Source: Sphingomonadaceae bacterium
GTDB lineage: Bacteria; Pseudomonadota; Alphaproteobacteria; Sphingomonadales; Sphingomonadaceae
Length of the DNA: 64,000 nucleotides
NCBI GenBank assembly: GCA_947463325.1
Contig: CANHQT010000010.1
Location: 962-64,961 of the forward strand
Direction: 5' to 3'
Below the pieces are notes generated by a model, which saw only the letters and a list, made by a program, of their open reading frames with translations, was not told where the DNA came from and made no database searches. The stretch's first letter is position 1, and every line of letters starts with the position of its first letter. Both the position numbers and the translations under genes were made by a program. Positions 46,253 through 55,122 of the stretch are shown one piece after another.

Positions 46253-46289
46253 GAAGGCCGCCGGTTCGTTCCGGCGGCCTTTCCTTTTT
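46253..46289 (+). terminator. rho-independent terminator
   Basis: GAAGGCCGCCGG / CCGGCGGCCTTT stem with loop TTCGTT, followed by CCTTTTT. Confidence 0.75.
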
Positions 46290-46314
46290 GCCCGTCAGCG
46301 CATATCGGCCCGCC

Positions 46315-47874
46315 ATGAGCATCCAGCCTACAGACTCCATCCTCATCGTCGATTTCGGTAGCCAGGTGACGCAGTTGATTGCGCGCCGCGTGCGCGAGGC
46401 CGGGGTCTATTCGGAAATTGCGCCGTTCAACGCGGCTGAGGCGGCTTTCGAACGGATGCGGCCAAAGGGCATCATCCTGTCGGGTTCACCGGCCAGCGTG
46501 CCGGCGGACGGCTCCCCGCGCGCGCCGCAATGCCTGTTTGACAGTGGTCTGCCGATCCTCGGCATCTGTTACGGCCAGCAGGTGATGAGCCACCAGCTCG
46601 GCGGCACGGTCGAGCGCGGCGACAGCGGCGAATTCGGTCGCGCCTTCATTGAGGTGTCAGACGATTGCCTGCTGTTCGAAGGGCTGTGGGAGAAAGGCTC
46701 CCGCCATCAAGTGTGGATGAGCCATGGCGACAAGGTGACCGCCTTTGCCCCCGGTTTCCGCGTCGTCGCCACCACCGAAGGCGCCCCCTTCGCGATGATC
46801 GCGGATGATGCGCGCCGCTATTATGGGACCCAGTTCCACCCGGAGGTCGTCCACACCCCCGACGGGGCGAAGCTGATCGCCAATTTCGTGCATCGCGTGT
46901 GCGGGCTCGCCGGCGACTGGACGATGGCAGAATTCCGCGCCGCCAAGATCGCCGATATCCGCGCGCAGGTTGGCTCCGGCCGTGTAATCTGTGGCCTATC
47001 CGGCGGCGTCGACAGTGCGGTTGCCGCTGTCCTCATTCATGAGGCGATCGGCGAACAGCTGACCTGCGTGTTTGTCGATCACGGCCTGTTGCGCATGAAC
47101 GAGCGGGAGCAGGTCGAGCGGCTGTTCCGCGACCATTACAAGATTCCGCTGGTCGTCGTGGACGCTGAAGCGCGCTTTATGAGCGGTCTCGCCGGCGTGA
47201 CTGACCCCGAGAAGAAGCGCAAATTCATTGGCGGTGAATTCATCGCCGTGTTCGAGGAAGAGGCAAAGAAGCTCGGCGGCGCGGATTTCCTCGCGCAAGG
47301 CACGCTCTACCCTGACGTGATCGAGAGCGTGTCCTTCACCGGCGGCCCCAGCGTCACGATCAAGAGCCACCACAATGTCGGCGGCCTTCCTGAACGCATG
47401 AATATGAAGCTGGTCGAGCCGCTGCGTGAGCTTTTCAAGGATGAGGTGCGCGCTTTGGGCCGCGAGCTTGGCCTGCCCGACATTTTCGTTGGCCGCCATC
47501 CCTTCCCCGGCCCGGGCCTTGCCATCCGCATCCCTGGCGAAGTGACCAAGGAACGCTGTGATATCCTGCGCAAGGCCGACGCCGTCTATCTCGAAGAAAT
47601 CCGCAATGCGGGTCTCTATGATGCTATCTGGCAGGCCTTTGCCGTCCTCCTCCCGGTCCGCACCGTTGGCGTAATGGGCGACGGGCGCACCTATGACAGC
47701 GTCTGCGCGCTGCGCGCCGTTACCAGCGTCGATGGAATGACCGCCGACATCTACCCCTTTGACGCCGCCTTCCTCAGTCGTTGCGCGACGCGCATCATCA
47801 ACGAGGTGAAGGGCATCAACCGCGTGGTCTATGACTATACGTCAAAGCCACCGGGCACGATCGAGTGGGAATAG
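46315..47874 (+). CDS. guaA: glutamine-hydrolysing GMP synthase
   Basis: [28 protein letters not shown]..., PP-loop SGGVDSAV, C-terminus ...[10 protein letters not shown]. Confidence 0.97.
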   Translation: MSIQPTDSILIVDFGSQVTQLIARRVREAGVYSEIAPFNAAEAAFERMRPKGIILSGSPASVPADGSPRAPQCLFDSGLPILGICYGQQVMSHQLGGTVERGDSGEFGRAFIEVSDDCLLFEGLWEKGSRHQVWMSHGDKVTAFAPGFRVVATTEGAPFAMIADDARRYYGTQFHPEVVHTPDGAKLIANFVHRVCGLAGDWTMAEFRAAKIADIRAQVGSGRVICGLSGGVDSAVAAVLIHEAIGEQLTCVFVDHGLLRMNEREQVERLFRDHYKIPLVVVDAEARFMSGLAGVTDPEKKRKFIGGEFIAVFEEEAKKLGGADFLAQGTLYPDVIESVSFTGGPSVTIKSHHNVGGLPERMNMKLVEPLRELFKDEVRALGRELGLPDIFVGRHPFPGPGLAIRIPGEVTKERCDILRKADAVYLEEIRNAGLYDAIWQAFAVLLPVRTVGVMGDGRTYDSVCALRAVTSVDGMTADIYPFDAAFLSRCATRIINEVKGINRVVYDYTSKPPGTIEWE

Positions 47875-47879
47875 AGACC

Positions 47880-48900
47880 AGAAGATAAAGCGAAAAATGC
47901 GCTCGCTTTGCCGGCCTTCATGGTGCGATCGGTGCCGCAGTCGGCAGCAGTGGAACTGTCAATTCTCTTGAAGGCGATACATGGCGTCGCTGTAGACGAT
48001 GTTGAATTCGGGCCGCAGATTTTTCCGAAGCGTGCTAACAATGACCCGAAGATGATCGATGGTGATCGATTCCTGGTAAGAGCTGACTGCGTTTATCAAT
48101 GAATATGTCGTAGCCGAGAAATTCGGCGAATTGATAAGTTTGGTCAGAATGATTTTTTGCCTGTTCTTCAAATTCTGGACGTAGGCATATTTGTTCAGTT
48201 CGGATTCAAGCTCGACATTCTTAATCCGTTCGTGAAGATTCGATCTGTATCGTGACCAAATGGTGAATATACGAGACATGAACTCGATCGGCGTCGAGCG
48301 ATTGATTTCAATCACATCGTCGAAGCCGCCGGTGAGCAGCTTAACACGCCTCCGCGGATCACTTTTCAGGCACAGGCAAATTTTTGCCTTATCGGCCAGC
48401 ATGGGGGCGTTGTATTTCAAAACGCTCACAATCCGCTGAGCATCTTCGCCACTGAAGATGATGACATCAAAGTCCCCGGTTGCGCTTGATACGAGTATTT
48501 CGCCGGGTAAATTGAGATCAAGGACCTTCACATTATCGAAGATGGCGTTGATCCACTGCAGTCGGGCAGGGCTTTCCGGATCTTTGCAGTCGACGATGCG
48601 AGGCGTTATTTTGGTAAATTCATCATAGTCGGCGAAGATTTCCTTCAGATGCTCTGAAATGAAGGCGACTTCATCGATGCCATCACCTGCGGGCAGCGAA
48701 TTCGGATTGTCGGACAATGAGTTGGGCGTGCCCATATGCTTCGGATACCCTTTGTTCGCATGGCGAATGTCCTGGTCCGACGCAGCTGGTCTAAGGGCGC
48801 ATAGTTAAAGGTTTTTTCACCTCATTTGTTAAAGATTATGCCATATTGACGCCAAAACAGCTTCGTTCCGCTGGCGTCGAAATTGTCGTTTCGATGTCGT
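47880..48900. other. low-GC islet (probable horizontally acquired DNA) between guaA and the asparaginase-like gene
   Basis: By hand count, line 48121-48180 has 22 G+C of 60, against 42 of 60 for line 47461-47520 inside guaA. It holds a single gene, with no integrase and no flanking direct repeats seen. Confidence 0.6.
47959..48735 (-). CDS. orphan OmpR/PhoB-like winged-helix regulator with a degenerate (pseudo-)receiver domain
   Basis: The C-terminus ...ITIDHLRVIVSTLRKNLRPEFNIVYSDAMYRLQ resembles the Trans_reg_C recognition helix and wing. GGFDDVIEINRSTPIEFMSRI resembles the receiver alpha4-beta5 segment (GADDYLxKPF), but the acceptor Asp and the Lys appear substituted. Confidence 0.55.
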   Translation of the reverse strand: MGTPNSLSDNPNSLPAGDGIDEVAFISEHLKEIFADYDEFTKITPRIVDCKDPESPARLQWINAIFDNVKVLDLNLPGEILVSSATGDFDVIIFSGEDAQRIVSVLKYNAPMLADKAKICLCLKSDPRRRVKLLTGGFDDVIEINRSTPIEFMSRIFTIWSRYRSNLHERIKNVELESELNKYAYVQNLKNRQKIILTKLINSPNFSATTYSLINAVSSYQESITIDHLRVIVSTLRKNLRPEFNIVYSDAMYRLQEN

Positions 48901-49086
48901 GATTGACCGCTGAAACCGGCGCTGGGATAGCCCCTTGCTGACCATTCGGCCCCCGTCATTCACCGCGGGCAGTTATGATTGGGGTGCTTGGCGATAAATG
49001 CGCGGGGTGATGCCGTTAATCGTGGCGGCCCGGACCAAGCTGTTGCTGAATCCGCTATTCCTGGTTCCGGCTGTGGCGAGCCCTGC

Positions 49087-49584
49087 TCAGTCTATCGCCA
49101 CGAACCGCCCCGCGGCCCGGTCTTTCCTGACCTTCAACCCGTCAAACACCTCGCCGCTCATCACGATCCATACGCCCGCCGGTGCGGTTTGGGCCGTGGC
49201 GAAGGCCATGCCGAGGTTGAAGGGTGCGTCCGTTTCCGCGAACCGCGCGGGGGAGAGGGCGCCGGTCAGCACGATGGTCTTGCCCGGCACGGCCTGCGCC
49301 AGCACTTTCGCCGTCTCGGTCATGGTGTCGGTGCCGTGGGTAATGACGATGCGCGTTTCTGGCGCTTCGCCTGCGCGGCGGGCGATTTCGGCCCGGTCAG
49401 CGTCTGTGAGGTCGAGGCTGTCCTTTCGGCATATTTCCTCGACGCGGTGCGGGAGGGCAACGCGCGCTTCCCTGAGCAGTGCGGGGATGCCGCTCTCGAC
49501 GATCTGATATTCGGACAGCGCATCGAAATAATTCTTGTCGATGGTGCCACCGGTAGTGAGGATGAGAAGGCCTGATCGCGTCAT
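49087..49584 (-). CDS. asparaginase N-terminal-domain-like protein (single domain, ~165 aa)
   Basis: LLILTTGGTIDK...IVITHGTDTMTETA...VLTGA matches the type I/II L-asparaginase N-terminal motifs. The C-terminal domain is absent. Confidence 0.7.
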   Translation of the reverse strand: MTRSGLLILTTGGTIDKNYFDALSEYQIVESGIPALLREARVALPHRVEEICRKDSLDLTDADRAEIARRAGEAPETRIVITHGTDTMTETAKVLAQAVPGKTIVLTGALSPARFAETDAPFNLGMAFATAQTAPAGVWIVMSGEVFDGLKVRKDRAAGRFVAID

Positions 49585-49626
49585 GCGCTGACGCATAGCG
49601 GCTTCGACCAAGGAGAGGGAAGGGCG

Positions 49627-50121
49627 ATGACGACAGCTCCGGGCGCAAACTGCCGGCCGCCTTGCGTTGCGGTGCGTCGTCTCGGTTCAGGCGATATCGC
49701 CGGAATGCGGGCGCTCAACGCGCTCTATTCCGAGGCGTTCGGTGAGCCGGAACACTATGCCGACCTGCTCCCTTCGGACGACTGGCTGCTGGCGCGGCTT
49801 GCCGATCCGGCAGTGATCGCCCTTGTGGCTGACGATGGCGGCAAGGTGGTCGGGGCGCTGACCGGCTATGTCCTCGCCAAGCTCGAACAGGCGCGCAGCG
49901 AAATCTACATCTATGATCTCGCCGTGTCTGAAACCCACCGCCGGCAGGGCGTGGCCACCGCGCTGATAGATGCGCTCCAGCCCATCGCACGAGAGGTTGG
50001 CGCATGGGTTATCTATGTGCAGGCCGCCCATGACGACGAGCCTGCAGTTGCGCTCTACACCAAATTGGGCGAGCGCGAGGATGTGAGGCATTTCGACATA
50101 AAGGTAAAAGGCGCAGCATGA
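49627..50121 (+). CDS. GNAT acetyltransferase, AAC(3)-I-like aminoglycoside 3-N-acetyltransferase
   Basis: [25 protein letters not shown] and [32 protein letters not shown] closely match my recollection of AAC(3)-Ia ([25 protein letters not shown] / [32 protein letters not shown]). Confidence 0.75.
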   Translation: [164 protein letters not shown]

Positions 50122-50465
50122 CTCTCACTCTCTACGGCATCCCCAATTGCGACACGGTGAAGAAGGCGCGGGTCTGGCTCGATGGGCGGGGGATTGCCCA
50201 TGGCTTTCACGATTACAAAAAGGCGGGGATCGACGCGGCCACCCTCTCCGGCTGGGCGCGCGCGGTGGGCTGGGAGGTGCTGCTCAACCGCGCCGGGACG
50301 ACCTGGCGCAAGCTCCCCGATGAAGCGCGCGAGGGCGTCGATGAGGCGAAGGCGATCGCGCTGATGGTGGAGCAGCCCAGCCTTATCAAGCGCCCGGTCG
50401 TCACCGGCGGCGCCCGGCTGCTGGTCGGCTTCAAGCCCGCCGAGTGGGAGGCGGCGCTTGGCTGA
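50118..50465 (+). CDS. ArsC/Spx/MgsR family protein (YffB-like)
   Basis: MTLTLYGIPNCDTVKKARVWL...NRAGTTWRKL, 115 aa. Confidence 0.85.
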   Translation: MTLTLYGIPNCDTVKKARVWLDGRGIAHGFHDYKKAGIDAATLSGWARAVGWEVLLNRAGTTWRKLPDEAREGVDEAKAIALMVEQPSLIKRPVVTGGARLLVGFKPAEWEAALG

Positions 50466-50486
50466 GCGGGTGCTCCAGCATCGCCG

Positions 50487-50504
50487 CCGTCACGGCGCTG
50501 TCAC
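50487..50504 (+). promoter_or_regulatory. Pho-box-like site upstream of glpQ
   Basis: The plus strand reads CCGTCAC-GGCG-CTGTCAC, ending 23 nt before ATG 50528. Confidence 0.4.
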
Positions 50505-50527
50505 GCGCGTGCGCCAAGGGGAAGGTC

Positions 50528-51598
50528 ATGATGCTCCGTTCGATGCTTTGTGCCGCGCTCGCCGCGATGCTGGTCTCCCCCGCCATGGCTGAGACGCCAA
50601 TTGCCCCCGTGCGTGAAGGCCCGATCGTTATCGCCCATCGCGGCAGCTCCGGCGAGCGGCCCGAACATACGCTCGCCGCCTATGACCGGGCGATCGAGCA
50701 GGGCGCCGACTTTGTCGAACCCGATCTGGTGTTGACCAAGGATGGCGTGCTCGTCGCGCGGCACGAAAATGAGATTTCGGAGACGACCGATGTCGCCTCC
50801 CGCCCAGAATTTGCCGACCGCCGGACGACCAAGACAATTGACGGCGTCGAGATGACCGGCTGGTTTACTGAGGATGTCACGCTCGCCGAGCTGCGAACGC
50901 TGCGCACCCGCGAACGCTTGCCGCTACTGCGCCCCGCCAACACCGCATTCGACGGCCTGTATCAGGTGCCGACCTTTGACGAGATCTTGCGCCTCGTCCG
51001 CGCGCGGGAGTCGGAATTGAACCGGACCATCGGCGTCTATCCCGAGACCAAGCACCCGAGTTACTTCTCCTCGATCGGCTTGCCGCATGAAGGGCCGCTC
51101 ATCGAAGCACTCGCCCGCCACGGCTATGTGGGGGCCGAAGACGCGGTCTTCATCCAGAGCTTTGAGGTGGGCAATCTCGAACGGCTGAACGCCCTCACCG
51201 ACGTGCGGTTGATCCAGCTCGCGTCCGCAGAGGGTGGTCCCGCCGACCGCCCCGGCACCAGCTATGCCGACATGGTCAGCGCACAGGGCCTCGCCGCCAT
51301 TGCGCGCTATGCCGACGGCATCGGCCCGGCCAAGGATATGGTGATCGCCCGCAATGCCGATGGCACGCTCGGTGCCTCGACCGGACTTGTTGCGCGCGCC
51401 CACGCCGCGGGCCTCGCTGTCCACCCCTGGACCTTCCGCGCCGAGAATTACTTCCTCCCCGTCAATTTGCGCACAGGCGCAGAACCCGGCACCCACGGCG
51501 ACCTTTCCGCCGAAATCCGGGCATTCATTGCCGAGGGGGTCGATGGTGTGTTCGCCGATCATCCAGCGGTGGCGGTAGAAGTGCTGCGCGGGGAATAG
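50528..51598 (+). CDS. glpQ: periplasmic glycerophosphodiester phosphodiesterase
   Basis: Signal peptide MMLRSMLCAALAAMLVSPAMA, then IAHRGSSGERPEHT...EPDLVLTKDGVLVARHENE. ATG 50528 is preferred over the track start at 50444. Confidence 0.85.
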   Translation: MMLRSMLCAALAAMLVSPAMAETPIAPVREGPIVIAHRGSSGERPEHTLAAYDRAIEQGADFVEPDLVLTKDGVLVARHENEISETTDVASRPEFADRRTTKTIDGVEMTGWFTEDVTLAELRTLRTRERLPLLRPANTAFDGLYQVPTFDEILRLVRARESELNRTIGVYPETKHPSYFSSIGLPHEGPLIEALARHGYVGAEDAVFIQSFEVGNLERLNALTDVRLIQLASAEGGPADRPGTSYADMVSAQGLAAIARYADGIGPAKDMVIARNADGTLGASTGLVARAHAAGLAVHPWTFRAENYFLPVNLRTGAEPGTHGDLSAEIRAFIAEGVDGVFADHPAVAVEVLRGE

Positions 51599-51601
51599 GG
51601 C

Positions 51602-51814
51602 TCAGCCCTCCTCCCAGGCGAAAACCTCCTCGAGCGGTCGATCGAACACCCGCGCGATGCGGAAGGCCACCTCGAGGCTAGGGGAATATTTGCCCTGTTC
51701 GATGGCGGCGATGGTCTGGCGGGTCACGCCGACCCGGTCACCCAGATCGGCCTGCGTCATCTCGCCAGTGAGGAATCGCAGCGTGCGGATGCTATTACTG
51801 AAGGGAAGGGCCAT
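51602..51814 (-). CDS. XRE-family helix-turn-helix transcriptional regulator (70 aa)
   Basis: ...MTQADLGDRVGVTRQTIAAIEQGKYSPSLEVAFRIARVF... GGAGGAG lies 7 nt upstream of the ATG. Confidence 0.85.
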   Translation of the reverse strand: MALPFSNSIRTLRFLTGEMTQADLGDRVGVTRQTIAAIEQGKYSPSLEVAFRIARVFDRPLEEVFAWEEG

Positions 51815-51817
51815 GGT

Positions 51818-51907
51818 TCAGCTCCTCCGGTACAGCGATAGCTGCCAGCCGAACGCGCCGGCGATGCCGATGAAGGCTGCCCAATGGATCTTTTCGCGGA
51901 AAGACAT
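51818..51907 (-). CDS. 29-aa single-TM micro-protein upstream of the XRE gene (not in the ORF track)
   Basis: My own translation gives MSFREKIHWAAFIGIAGAFGWQLSLYRRS. GGAG lies 7 nt upstream of the ATG. Its stop is 3 nt before the XRE start, and its last codons contain the XRE Shine-Dalgarno. Confidence 0.45.
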   Translation of the reverse strand: MSFREKIHWAAFIGIAGAFGWQLSLYRRS

Positions 51908-51930
51908 TTCTGACTCCATGTCCGAATCAT

Positions 51931-51958
51931 ATGACGTCATGTTAAAAATATATAACAT
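51931..51958. promoter_or_regulatory. AT-rich palindromes in the divergent micro-protein/XRE versus panB promoter region (candidate operator)
   Basis: ATGACGTCAT (51931-51940) is a perfect 10-bp palindrome. It overlaps ATGTTA-N8-TAACAT (51939-51958). Confidence 0.4.
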
Positions 51959-52053
51959 TGAGTCAAGCTAAACCAACATGCGGCTCATGTGCCGGTGTCG
52001 ACGCCTGCCTGCACCCTTGGGCTTTCGGCGCACAGCGGCTATGCCTCGCGCCC

Positions 52054-52926
52054 ATGTCCACGACCTTCACTCTCGACACTTCGACCAGCCGCGCCAACCC
52101 GACGCCCGCGCCGATGAAGCGGCTGACCGTGCCTGCCATCCAGTCGCGCAAGGTGGATGGCGTCACCGCGCAGCCGCTGGTGATGCTGACCGCCTACACT
52201 GCGCGCATGGCACAGCTGCTCGATCCGCATTGCGACATGCTGCTGGTCGGCGATTCGCTGGGGCAGGTGATCTACGGCCTGCCATCGACTGTGCCGGTCA
52301 GCCTGGAAATGATGTGCGCGCACGGTGCCGCCGTGGTGCGCGGCAGCTATCACAGCGTGGTGATCGTCGACATGCCGTTCGGCTCTTACGAAGGCTCGCC
52401 CGAACAGGCGTTCGCCAGTGCCGCGCGAATCCTCAAGGAAACCGGGGCTGCGGGCGTAAAGCTGGAGGGCGGCGAAGCGATGGCGGAAACCATCGCCTTC
52501 CTGACGCGGCGCGGTATTCCGGTGATGGGTCATGTCGGCCTGACGCCGCAGGCGGTCAACGCTCTGGGTGGTTATGGTGCGCGCGGGCGTAGTGCGGCGG
52601 AAGCCGACAAGATCGTCAATGATGCGCGCGCAGTCGCTGATGCGGGTGCCTTTGCCATGGTCATCGAAGGCGTGGTGGAGCCGATCGCAATCGCGATTAC
52701 CGAAGCGGTGGCTTGCCCCACCATCGGCATCGGCGCATCGGCCCGCTGTGACGGGCAGGTGCTGGTCACTGAAGACATGCTCGGCCTGTTTGAACGCGTG
52801 CCGCGCTTTGTGAAGCGTTATGCTGACCTTGCCGGCTGGATCAGCGAACATGCGGCGAGCTATGCCGATGAAGTCAGGCAGCGTTCATTCCCGACAAGCG
52901 AACAGACTTATCAGCCCAAGGCCTGA
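52054..52926 (+). CDS. panB: 3-methyl-2-oxobutanoate hydroxymethyltransferase
   Basis: ...[28 protein letters not shown]...[10 protein letters not shown]...GHVGLTPQ... ATG 52054 is preferred over the track start at 51958. Confidence 0.92.
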   Translation: MSTTFTLDTSTSRANPTPAPMKRLTVPAIQSRKVDGVTAQPLVMLTAYTARMAQLLDPHCDMLLVGDSLGQVIYGLPSTVPVSLEMMCAHGAAVVRGSYHSVVIVDMPFGSYEGSPEQAFASAARILKETGAAGVKLEGGEAMAETIAFLTRRGIPVMGHVGLTPQAVNALGGYGARGRSAAEADKIVNDARAVADAGAFAMVIEGVVEPIAIAITEAVACPTIGIGASARCDGQVLVTEDMLGLFERVPRFVKRYADLAGWISEHAASYADEVRQRSFPTSEQTYQPKA

Positions 52927-53033
52927 CGGGCATCGTTCCGGCGGGCGCTGAAAGGCTTGGCCTTTTGACGGGGGCGCACTAAGGAACCGGCCTGTCCCGC
53001 GCGCGGTGGCGCGGTGATTGAGAGGAATAGTTC

Positions 53034-53771
53034 ATGGCATTGCCGCCCGGCAGTCCCGATACCTTGGTGCGCGAAGTCGACGATGCCGTCCGCGAGGACC
53101 GGCTGCGCACATTCTTCGCCAACTATGGCAAAGCGGTTATCGGCCTTGTTATCGTCGGACTCGCTGCTCTGGGCGGCTGGCTTTACTGGGATCATCATCA
53201 GGGCCGTCAGGCGGGTGCACTCGGCGCCCAGCTCAACACCGCGATTGATGCGCTGGGTCAGGGCCGTCCGAATGCTGCGGCCAGCGGGGCCGAATCCCTC
53301 GCTAAGGGCGATGACCCCGCTTATGCGGCGCTTGCGCTGATGGTGCAGGGCAATGCCGCCGCCGCTGGTGGAGACATGCGCACCGCCGCCGCGCGCTTTG
53401 CCGCGGTTTCTGCCAATGAGGATGTGCCGCAGGCGCTGCGCGATGCCGCGCTGCTGCGCGAAATCCTCGCACAATATGACACGATGCAGCCTGCAACGGT
53501 GATCGCCCGTCTCCGCCATCTGGTGGCCGAGCCCGGTCCGGCGTTCGCGAGCGCGGCTGAATTGACTGCGCTTGCCGAATTGAAGCGTGGCAATGAGGCT
53601 GCCGCTGGCGCCCTTTTCAAGCGGATCGCCGAAAGCGAGGATGCACCCGAAAGCCTCAAGTCGCGAGCGGTGCAGATGGCCGGCATGCTCGGCGTCGATG
53701 CTGTCGGCGACAATAACGAAGAAGCAGCACCGGCGGCAGGTGCCGCCAGCGGTGGCGGGACAGGAGAGTGA
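53034..53771 (+). CDS. YfgM-like TPR membrane protein
   Basis: An N-terminal cytoplasmic stretch, one TM (AVIGLVIVGLAALGGWLYW) and a helical periplasmic domain. The order yfgM-like/bamB/der matches enterobacteria. Confidence 0.7.
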   Translation: MALPPGSPDTLVREVDDAVREDRLRTFFANYGKAVIGLVIVGLAALGGWLYWDHHQGRQAGALGAQLNTAIDALGQGRPNAAASGAESLAKGDDPAYAALALMVQGNAAAAGGDMRTAAARFAAVSANEDVPQALRDAALLREILAQYDTMQPATVIARLRHLVAEPGPAFASAAELTALAELKRGNEAAAGALFKRIAESEDAPESLKSRAVQMAGMLGVDAVGDNNEEAAPAAGAASGGGTGE

Positions 53772-55114
53772 ACGTCATGGCGATGCGCGCAAATTGGTCT
53801 GTGGCTTTACTGGCGGGCGCGGCGCTCGGTCTCTCGGGCTGCAGCGTGCTGCGCGGTAGTGGTGATGAGCCGACCACGCCGACGGTAGGCAACCGCACCC
53901 CGATTCTCGCGAGCGCCAACGCCATCGAAGTTGATCCGCAGCTCGCCAGCCTTCAGGTATTGCTGCCGCCGCAGCTGCCCAATGCCGACTGGGGCCAGCC
54001 CGGCGGTAACGCCGCCAAATCGATGGGGCATCTCACGCTCCCGGCGTCGATTTCTGTCGCCTGGACCGCGCAGATCGATGGTGGAGACAATCGCGCCCGT
54101 CTCGCCAGTGCGCCGGTGGTGGCGGGCGGCACGCTCTATGCCATCGACACACAGGCGACGGTGCATGCCTTCAACGCCGGAACCGGGCAAAAGCTGTGGT
54201 CGACCACTATCGGCGATACAAACCGTGACGGGCAGCGCGCCCGCTTCGGCGGCGGTGTGAGTGCAGACGCGAGCGGTGTCTATGCCGTTTCGGGCCTGGG
54301 TGACGTTGCCGCGCTCGATCCTGCGACCGGCGCAGTGCGTTGGTCGGTGCGTCCGTCGGGCCCGCTGCGCGGTGCGCCGAGCATCGCCTTTGGCAATCTT
54401 TACCTGATGGGTCAGGACAATCAGCTGTTCGCGCTGCGAACCAGCGACGGCGGTGTCGAATGGCAGGAATCGGGATCGGTTGCGCCGGGCAGCGTGTTCG
54501 GTGTTGCTGCCCCCGCAGCAGGGCAGGGGACAATCGTTGCCGGCTATAGCTCGGGTGAGCTGAACGCCTATCGCTACGAGAATGGCCGCCCGCTTTGGGC
54601 GGACGCCCTCGCGCGCACGTCCATTTCGGTCGCGGTGTCGACGCTTGCTGATATCGATGCCGATCCGGTGATCGATCGCGGGCGCGTGTTTGCCATCGGC
54701 CAAGGCGGGCGCATGGCCGCTTATGAACTGGTCACCGGTCAGCGCACGTGGGAACTCAATCTCGCCGGTATCGCCACCCCCTGGGTAGCGGGCGAGTGGG
54801 TGTTCGTTGTTGCTGACGATGCGCGGGTGTTTGCCATCGCGCGCGCCACCGGGCGGATCCGCTGGATCGCCCAGCTGCCGCGCTGGCGCGACGAGGAAGA
54901 CCGTCAAGGTTCGATCCGCTGGACCGGCCCCGTCCTCGCCGGTGAACGGCTCATCCTCGTCAGCACGGATGGCCGCATGGCACAGGTCAACCCGCTTGAC
55001 GGCAGCATTTCCAGCATCGCCGAGATCAGCGGCGGCACCCGCCTGCCGCCGGTGGTCGCCAACGGCATGCTTTATGTGATGGACGACAGCGGTCGCATCA
55101 CGGCCTGGCGCTGA
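53768..55114 (+). CDS. bamB: outer membrane protein assembly factor BamB (PQQ-like beta-propeller lipoprotein)
   Basis: Lipobox LGLSGC and repeated ...G.VYA.....G.L.ALD..TG...W propeller blades, directly upstream of der. Confidence 0.85.
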   Translation: MNVMAMRANWSVALLAGAALGLSGCSVLRGSGDEPTTPTVGNRTPILASANAIEVDPQLASLQVLLPPQLPNADWGQPGGNAAKSMGHLTLPASISVAWTAQIDGGDNRARLASAPVVAGGTLYAIDTQATVHAFNAGTGQKLWSTTIGDTNRDGQRARFGGGVSADASGVYAVSGLGDVAALDPATGAVRWSVRPSGPLRGAPSIAFGNLYLMGQDNQLFALRTSDGGVEWQESGSVAPGSVFGVAAPAAGQGTIVAGYSSGELNAYRYENGRPLWADALARTSISVAVSTLADIDADPVIDRGRVFAIGQGGRMAAYELVTGQRTWELNLAGIATPWVAGEWVFVVADDARVFAIARATGRIRWIAQLPRWRDEEDRQGSIRWTGPVLAGERLILVSTDGRMAQVNPLDGSISSIAEISGGTRLPPVVANGMLYVMDDSGRITAWR

Positions 55115-55122
55115 GGGCTGGC

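Noticed and set aside
48979-49575. A 198-aa plus-strand ORF and the 169-aa ORF at 48998-49507.
   Set aside because: Both are antisense to the asparaginase-like gene (49087-49584), which has recognisable TGGTI and HGTDT motifs. They have shadow-ORF composition.
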